Shown here: positions 58,713-64,000 of the stretch, in pieces
How positions within the stretch are numbered: the first letter of the stretch is position 1
Layout: the number at the start of each line of letters is the position of its first letter
NCBI GenBank assembly: GCA_032128375.1
Contig: JAQBGU010000179.1
Location: 32,001 to 96,000 of the forward strand
Length of the DNA stretch: 64,000 bases
From: Deltaproteobacteria bacterium
Lineage (GTDB): Bacteria > Myxococcota_A > UBA9160 > SMWR01
Direction of reading: 5' to 3'
Translations under genes and position numbers: made by a program
Notes under the pieces: model-generated
The model's input: only the letters and a program-made list of their open reading frames with translations
Databases searched by the model: none
Told to the model about the DNA's origin: nothing

Positions 58713-59807
58713 TCAGAGGCACCGCTCGTACAGCCCGAGGTAGGCGCTGACCATCTTGTCCAGCGAGAAGTGCGCGTGCGCTCTTGTGATGCCTGCACGC
58801 CCTAAGCGCGCCGCAGCATCCGGCTCTGCCAGCACCCGCTGGATCCCGGACGCCAGCGCATTTGCGTCGCCCGAAGCAACGAGATACCCCGTCTTCCCCT
58901 CCTCAACGACCTCCGGGACACCGCCGACACGAGTGGCAACAACCGGCAGTCCCCACGCCATCGCTTCGATGATCGCGAGCGGGAGACCCTCTGACAGAGA
59001 AGGCTGACAGAACACATCGCCGGCTCGCAGGACCCGATCGACATCGTTTCGAAGTCCCAGAAGGTGAACACGCGCGGAGATTCCAAGCTCGCCGGCCAGC
59101 CGGTGGAGGGCTTCTGCTTCCCCGCCCTCTCCCGCAATCGCAATTCGAAGCTGCGGCAGTTTCGTCGCCGCCCACAGCAGAGTCGCATGGTCCTTCACGG
59201 GGAACAGGCTCCCGACGGCGACCACCAACGGACCATCCGGTGGAACGCCCAGCTCTGCTCGAGCCTTCTCACGGCGCTCTCGGTCCGTAGGAACCTCCGG
59301 AGCGTCATCCAGCGGGATTCCAGGGTGGATGATGTGGAAGGCTTCGACAGGCAGATTGAATCCCGCGGACAGGAACTCCGCGAGATTTCGGGATACCGCG
59401 ACGATCTCGAGCCCGCAGCGTCGAAGAAGCCGGTAGGCGAGGACGCGGCGGCGCTTTTCCGCCACCCGATGGCGCCCGTGAATCGTGCCGACAAGCGGAA
59501 GCCCAGCCAACAGCGCCGCGGCGCTGGCGTAGACGTTCATTCCAAACTCATGGCTGTGTACGAGGTCGACCCGCTCCTGGCGGAGCTTGTGAGCGAATCG
59601 CACTGGCCAGGTAGGGTCGAGTCCGGGTTTTTGCGGCACGATCCACACGGGCAGATCGTATGAAGCCGCCCGTTCTGTCAGCCAGCCCTCCTCGTGACAC
59701 ACGATGAAGGGGTCGTGCCCCGCCGACCGGAGCCGATCGCCCAACAAGACGACCAAATTCTCCGCTCCGCCGGGTTCGGCACACTCGATTGCGAGAACGA
59801 CTCGCAT
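58713..59807 (-). CDS. Glycosyltransferase family 4
   Basis: GGAE, VGSLFPVKDH, SLSEGLPLAIIEAMA, VVATRVGG. Confidence 0.93.
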   Translation of the reverse strand: MRVVLAIECAEPGGAENLVVLLGDRLRSAGHDPFIVCHEEGWLTERAASYDLPVWIVPQKPGLDPTWPVRFAHKLRQERVDLVHSHEFGMNVYASAAALLAGLPLVGTIHGRHRVAEKRRRVLAYRLLRRCGLEIVAVSRNLAEFLSAGFNLPVEAFHIIHPGIPLDDAPEVPTDRERREKARAELGVPPDGPLVVAVGSLFPVKDHATLLWAATKLPQLRIAIAGEGGEAEALHRLAGELGISARVHLLGLRNDVDRVLRAGDVFCQPSLSEGLPLAIIEAMAWGLPVVATRVGGVPEVVEEGKTGYLVASGDANALASGIQRVLAEPDAAARLGRAGITRAHAHFSLDKMVSAYLGLYERCL

Positions 59808-60195
59808 TTTGAACTTCGCGCCCTCCGTTCAACCGAGCCCGCCGCAGAGTAGCGTCGTTGGCTCGAAACGCGCAGACAGCGTCCATGCACGCCGCAGACA
59901 ACGTACAGGAACAGGCGCGCGAGTGTGCGCGCCTCGCTGATCCGCTGCGGGCGCGTACGAGCCCAATTCGGGCGCGCCCGAAGATCCTCCGGTCGCGTGG
60001 CGCAGATCCGGCGTCCGAAGATGTCCAGATTACGAGTTGACGCATCTGCATTAGTTGAATCCGGCCGGGTTCATGGCTACAGGTCCGGAACTGGCTTGAT
60101 TCACCATGTCGCTTTGCAGTGCCTTTTCGCAGCGCGGTTGGTTGTGTGCTTCAACCGGAGAATGATTCGGCGCAATGGGCTGAGAGGGTAGTTGC

Positions 60196-60674
60196 GGTGG
60201 GGCGCGCATCCCAGCGGTCGGATCGGAGAAGATCCCCTCGGCGCCCCCGACAACCTGATGCCGTACGTCACGCAGGTGGCGGCAGGCAAACGCGATTTCG
60301 TCCGCGTATTCGGCTCGGATTACCCCACACCAGACGGAACCGGCATCCGCGACTACATCCACGTGGTCGACCTGGCAAAGGGGCATCTGGCCGCACTCGA
60401 CTCGTTGCTGAACGTTCGCGAGTACACAGTCGTCAACCTCGGGACCGGCAAGGGCAGCAGTGTGTTGCAGCTCATCAAGGAGGTGCGCTCAGTGGTCGGT
60501 CGTGACATTCCCTTCGAGATCGTCGACCGCCGCCCCGGTGACATCGCAGAGGTCTGGGCCAATCCAGAGTTCGCCTCGCGGAAGCTTGGCTGGCGCGCGA
60601 CACGAGGTCTGGCCGAGATGTGCCAAGACGCGTGGCGCTGGCAATCCGCGAACCCCGACGGATACCGAAGCTAG
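60196..60674 (+). pseudogene. galE: 5'-truncated UDP-glucose 4-epimerase
   Basis: Starts at GAHPSG.IGEDP..PDNLMPY, then DYPTPDGTG.RDYIHVVDLA; Rossmann and YxxxK regions absent. Confidence 0.88.
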
Positions 60675-60765
60675 AGACACGACCGTCCGAGCTTACAACC
60701 CGGCTGCACCCTCGAGATTCAGAGCGTGTTGTGGCGAACAGCGTACTCGCCGGCTGGGCGCCCTC

Positions 60766-61806
60766 TCAGTTGGAAAAGTAGCGACGCACCCGCGGGCCCA
60801 GAACGCCGGCAACCGGCACCGGCAGGTGGGTCCACAGCGACGAGACCCGGCTCAGCAATGCGCTCGGGTTGCCGACCTTCATCGCGACGGCATCACCCAA
60901 AGGCGACAGACGAATCCAGGCGAACGGCTCCTCGTGCGCGCCCCAGCCCAGCTTGAAGCGATGCGTGCCACTGTCGCGCGGAGAGCGGCCGAAGTCGAAC
61001 ACGCTGGCCCGGCGCTCGATGGCCCATCGCAGAGCCTCCCAGTAGATGAGGTTGTTCGGGCAGCGCTGCCGTTCCGAGCGCAGCGTGGAGGCCCACGGGA
61101 CCGTGACTGCGGGTCCATAGCGAATCGCCACGAGCCCACCGACTGGCCGATCGCCGTGGCGCGTGACGAGGAAGCGAAGCCGATCACCGAAATGGCGAGC
61201 CGCGGCCTGGAAGAAACCTCGCGCATGGACCGGCGACCCGAGGTCACGCATGTTCACCTCGAAGGGCCCGTAGAAGGCATCGCACAGCTCCGGGGGCGTG
61301 CCCTCTGCGAGTTCGAGGCCCTCGCGCTCCGCCTTGCGGGTCTGGTTGCGCACTTTGGCCCTGAGCGCGCTCCACTGCGCTTCGGCATCGGACTCGAGCG
61401 AGAGCACCAGGTTGACGCGATCCACCGAGGAATCCTCAGGCTCTCCAGCCAGGGCCTTGGGCTGACGCAGCTCGAGCGCAGCGGAGCGGCTGGTCTGCAT
61501 GAGGTCGACGGCGGCTGTCCGCAGCGCCGCGACCACCTCCGGGTCGCGGGCCAGGATTCCGGCGGCGTCGAGATAGGGGAGAGAGATCAGTTCGGAGCGT
61601 CCCAGCGGTGTGCGGAAGTGGACCAGGGGCAGTATGCCCACCAGCTCGCCAGTCGCGCCACGGGCCGCCAGATAGCACGGCTCCAGGCGATACGCGTCGC
61701 GGAAGACGGACGCCCAAGCGGCTGCGTGACCGACACAGACGCCGGCTGTCGACTCTGCGAATTCATCCCACTCGGTGCCCGGGTCGTCGATTTTCTCAAT
61801 CTGCAT
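60766..61806 (-). CDS. FemAB-like GNAT protein of XrtA/PEP-CTERM systems
   Basis: LISLPY, KVRNQ.RKA, NMRDLGSPV, PNNLIYW, FDFGRS...SGT..FK..WG. Confidence 0.9.
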   Translation of the reverse strand: MQIEKIDDPGTEWDEFAESTAGVCVGHAAAWASVFRDAYRLEPCYLAARGATGELVGILPLVHFRTPLGRSELISLPYLDAAGILARDPEVVAALRTAAVDLMQTSRSAALELRQPKALAGEPEDSSVDRVNLVLSLESDAEAQWSALRAKVRNQTRKAEREGLELAEGTPPELCDAFYGPFEVNMRDLGSPVHARGFFQAAARHFGDRLRFLVTRHGDRPVGGLVAIRYGPAVTVPWASTLRSERQRCPNNLIYWEALRWAIERRASVFDFGRSPRDSGTHRFKLGWGAHEEPFAWIRLSPLGDAVAMKVGNPSALLSRVSSLWTHLPVPVAGVLGPRVRRYFSN

Positions 61807-61978
61807 TCGGGCGCGCAGTATACCGGCGCGCGTTGAGGATGCCGGATCGGGAGCGCGGGCGATGTCCACCAGGCCTAAATCCATCAGAGACTGACCGGTC
61901 TCGAGCGGGGTGATTCATCGCTGGCACTCAGCTGATGGCGCGAAGCGTTCCTCGCTCATATTCGACGCGACATGGGCG

Positions 61979-63070
61979 CTATCGAGACGCCGTGGGCCTA
62001 AATACATCGACCAACGCTTTGCAGTATTGGACCACCGCGGCCACTTTGTGGGGCGCCGTCTTGCCGCTGCGCACAACGACCAGGTCGAGCTTGGGGCTGA
62101 TCAGGATGCGCTGCCCGCCCATGCCGCTGCAGTAAAAGATGCCCAGACTGCCGGGAATGACCCAGAAGTGGGCGCCATAGATTCCGTCGGATTGGGGTGA
62201 CGGCGTGCGGCAGTAATCGACCCAACCCTCGGGCAGGACCCGCTCTCCATCCCAGATGCCGTCTCGTAGATACAAGTAGCCGAAGCGCGCGAAGTCGCGG
62301 GGGCTGCAGTAGCAGTGGCTCGAGCCGATGAAATTGCCGGCCTCGTCGAACTTGGGGTCGGCGGTCTTCATGCCGAGCCGATTGAAGAGTTCACGCTTCA
62401 TGAAAGCCAGCATCTGCTCCTGGCCGCCTCCGACCGTTTCCGATACCAGCCGGGCCAACAGGTTGCTGCCACCGCTGTTGTAGTTCCATCTTGTTTCGGG
62501 CTCTGCCTGATAGGGCAGAGTCGACGCAAAGCCAGCAACGTCCTTCTTGCCGTCCCCGAATAACATGGGGATCACGTCAGACTCGTCTTCTGGGTAGTAG
62601 CGCACCGAACCGCCACCCAGGTGCTCGGCCTCGCGGAAGCGCAGCCCGTCCACCATCCGCAGCAGCTGGTCGATCGTAATTCGGCTGCGCTTGTCGTCAG
62701 GGCTCCACTCCTTCACGGCAATCGGCTTGGTGATATCGAGCTTGCCCTGATGGACCAGGATCGCGATCAGACTATTGGTGATGCTCTTGGCCATGGACCA
62801 CGAGAGGAACGCGTCGTCGGGGCCCGCGTCGTGGGCATAGCGCTCGGCGACTATGGCGCCCCGTTGGACGATTACGACGCCGTGGGTGCGATCGAGGTCG
62901 TCGGGCTCGGGGTCGGTAAACGCGTGGTCGAGCAGCGCATCGAGTGCGGCGCGATCGACACGCGAATCGAGTGGAGCGTGGGGCCAGGCTTCGGTAGGCC
63001 AAGCAAGATCTGGCGGCTGAGAAGGAAGGGCCTGGAGCTTCGTCTTCAGTGTGGTGGCGGGAACAGTCAT
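61979..63070 (-). CDS. Serine hydrolase (beta-lactamase/AmpC-like family)
   Basis: SWSMAKS (SxxK), WNYNSG, RDFARFG.LYL.DG.W. Confidence 0.92.
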   Translation of the reverse strand: MTVPATTLKTKLQALPSQPPDLAWPTEAWPHAPLDSRVDRAALDALLDHAFTDPEPDDLDRTHGVVIVQRGAIVAERYAHDAGPDDAFLSWSMAKSITNSLIAILVHQGKLDITKPIAVKEWSPDDKRSRITIDQLLRMVDGLRFREAEHLGGGSVRYYPEDESDVIPMLFGDGKKDVAGFASTLPYQAEPETRWNYNSGGSNLLARLVSETVGGGQEQMLAFMKRELFNRLGMKTADPKFDEAGNFIGSSHCYCSPRDFARFGYLYLRDGIWDGERVLPEGWVDYCRTPSPQSDGIYGAHFWVIPGSLGIFYCSGMGGQRILISPKLDLVVVRSGKTAPHKVAAVVQYCKALVDVFRPTASR

Positions 63071-63203
63071 GGTGGAGAGGATAGTGCGACGAACCTGGGT
63101 ATGGGGAGGGGACTGCATCAAAGACAGGAGTGTGAGCCGAGGCGGTCCCTTTTTGAAGCGGAGGACGCGCGACGAGTAGCTGGCCGCGATCGGATTGGGC
63201 AGT

Positions 63204-63938
63204 ATGCGTGTCATGTCGGTGCGAACGAATGAGCTGGGTCAGCCGATCGGCAACCCGGTTTCCGACTGGGTGCGACGGCCGCGGCCGTCGCGCACACCGA
63301 TGCAGGGGCGCCTGTGCCGCGTCGAGCCATTGCGTGCGACCGCTCACGCGGCCGTCCTGCACGAGTCCCACGCGCTCGACGCCGAGGGTCGCAACTGGAC
63401 CTACCTGCCGTACGGACCGTTCGGCTCGGAACAGGAGTACCGCGGGTGGGTCGAGTCAAAAGAGTCGCTCGACGATCCGGTGTTTTACGCGATCGTTGCG
63501 GCCCCGGAAGAGCGTCCGGTCGGTGTCGCGAGCTATTTGCGCATCGATCCCGACATGGGAGTCATCGAGGTGGGCCACCTGAGCTACTCGCCCGCGCTGC
63601 AGCGAACCGCGGCCGCAACCGAGGCCATGTATCTGATGATGCGACACGCCTTCGATGACCTCGGCTACCGCCGTTACGAGTGGAAGTGCGACAGTCACAA
63701 TCATCCGTCGCGCAACGCCGCGCTGCGACTCGGATTTCGGTTCGAGGGAATCTTCAAGCAGGCCGTAGTGATGAAGGGCCGGAACCGGGACACCGCCTGG
63801 TATTCGATTACCGACGCGGAGTGGCCCGAGCTGCGCAGGGCGCTCGCGGATTGGCTCGACCCGGGAAACTTCGACGCCGAGGGTCGCCAGAAAACGCGGC
63901 TGGAGTCGCAGCTCGCCGCCCGCCCGCCACGCATTTGA
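63204..63938 (+). CDS. GNAT (RimJ/RimL-type) acetyltransferase
   Basis: NELGQPIG, WTYLPYGPF, YRRYEWKCD, GRNRDTAWYS. Confidence 0.92.
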   Translation: MRVMSVRTNELGQPIGNPVSDWVRRPRPSRTPMQGRLCRVEPLRATAHAAVLHESHALDAEGRNWTYLPYGPFGSEQEYRGWVESKESLDDPVFYAIVAAPEERPVGVASYLRIDPDMGVIEVGHLSYSPALQRTAAATEAMYLMMRHAFDDLGYRRYEWKCDSHNHPSRNAALRLGFRFEGIFKQAVVMKGRNRDTAWYSITDAEWPELRRALADWLDPGNFDAEGRQKTRLESQLAARPPRI

Positions 63939-64000
63939 TTGGGGTCGCCTGCAGGCGGTATCCTCAGGTCAATGCCGGACGAGACGCTTGATTCTGGGAC

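Noticed and set aside
1..64000. tRNA, rRNA, intact transposase/integrase, prophage or defence genes
   Set aside because: None recognisable by eye; a covariance or HMM scan would be needed to exclude them formally.

Overview
GC-rich bacterial window. The gene content resembles Myxococcota or related deltaproteobacteria (inference only). About 6.2-61.8 kb is a large exopolysaccharide/cell-surface locus of the PEP-CTERM/exosortase type. It includes a PEP-CTERM protein, an ExeA-like ATPase, a split Wzc (kinase plus chain-length protein), a priming sugar transferase, a DUF3473 deacetylase, a stand-alone EpsI, a FemAB-like protein, about 7 glycosyltransferases, a flippase and an O-antigen ligase/polymerase. 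It also has an MBOAT+SGNH acylation pair, a pyruvyltransferase, a CDP-sugar/C-methyltransferase cassette, a heparinase-like protein and large secreted proteins, including a 2281-aa repetitive subtilase. Ordinary metabolic genes flank it (DUF1214, sulfotransferase, SDR, EthD, SnoaL, serine hydrolase, GNAT). Most unusual: (i) the only exosortase-like gene appears to lack all three catalytic residues; (ii) intergenic spacers hold decayed, synonymously diverged ghost copies of intact genes in the same locus, suggesting two related clusters merged and lost genes reciprocally; (iii) a small secreted Fn3-like protein lacks strand A but ends in a free PxxPxL strand-A-like tail, a possible donor-strand module; (iv) a sigma-54 promoter is followed by three 57-bp repeats with palindromic cores that also encode a 19-aa-repeat micro-ORF. 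All calls come from motif reading by eye; no searches were run.
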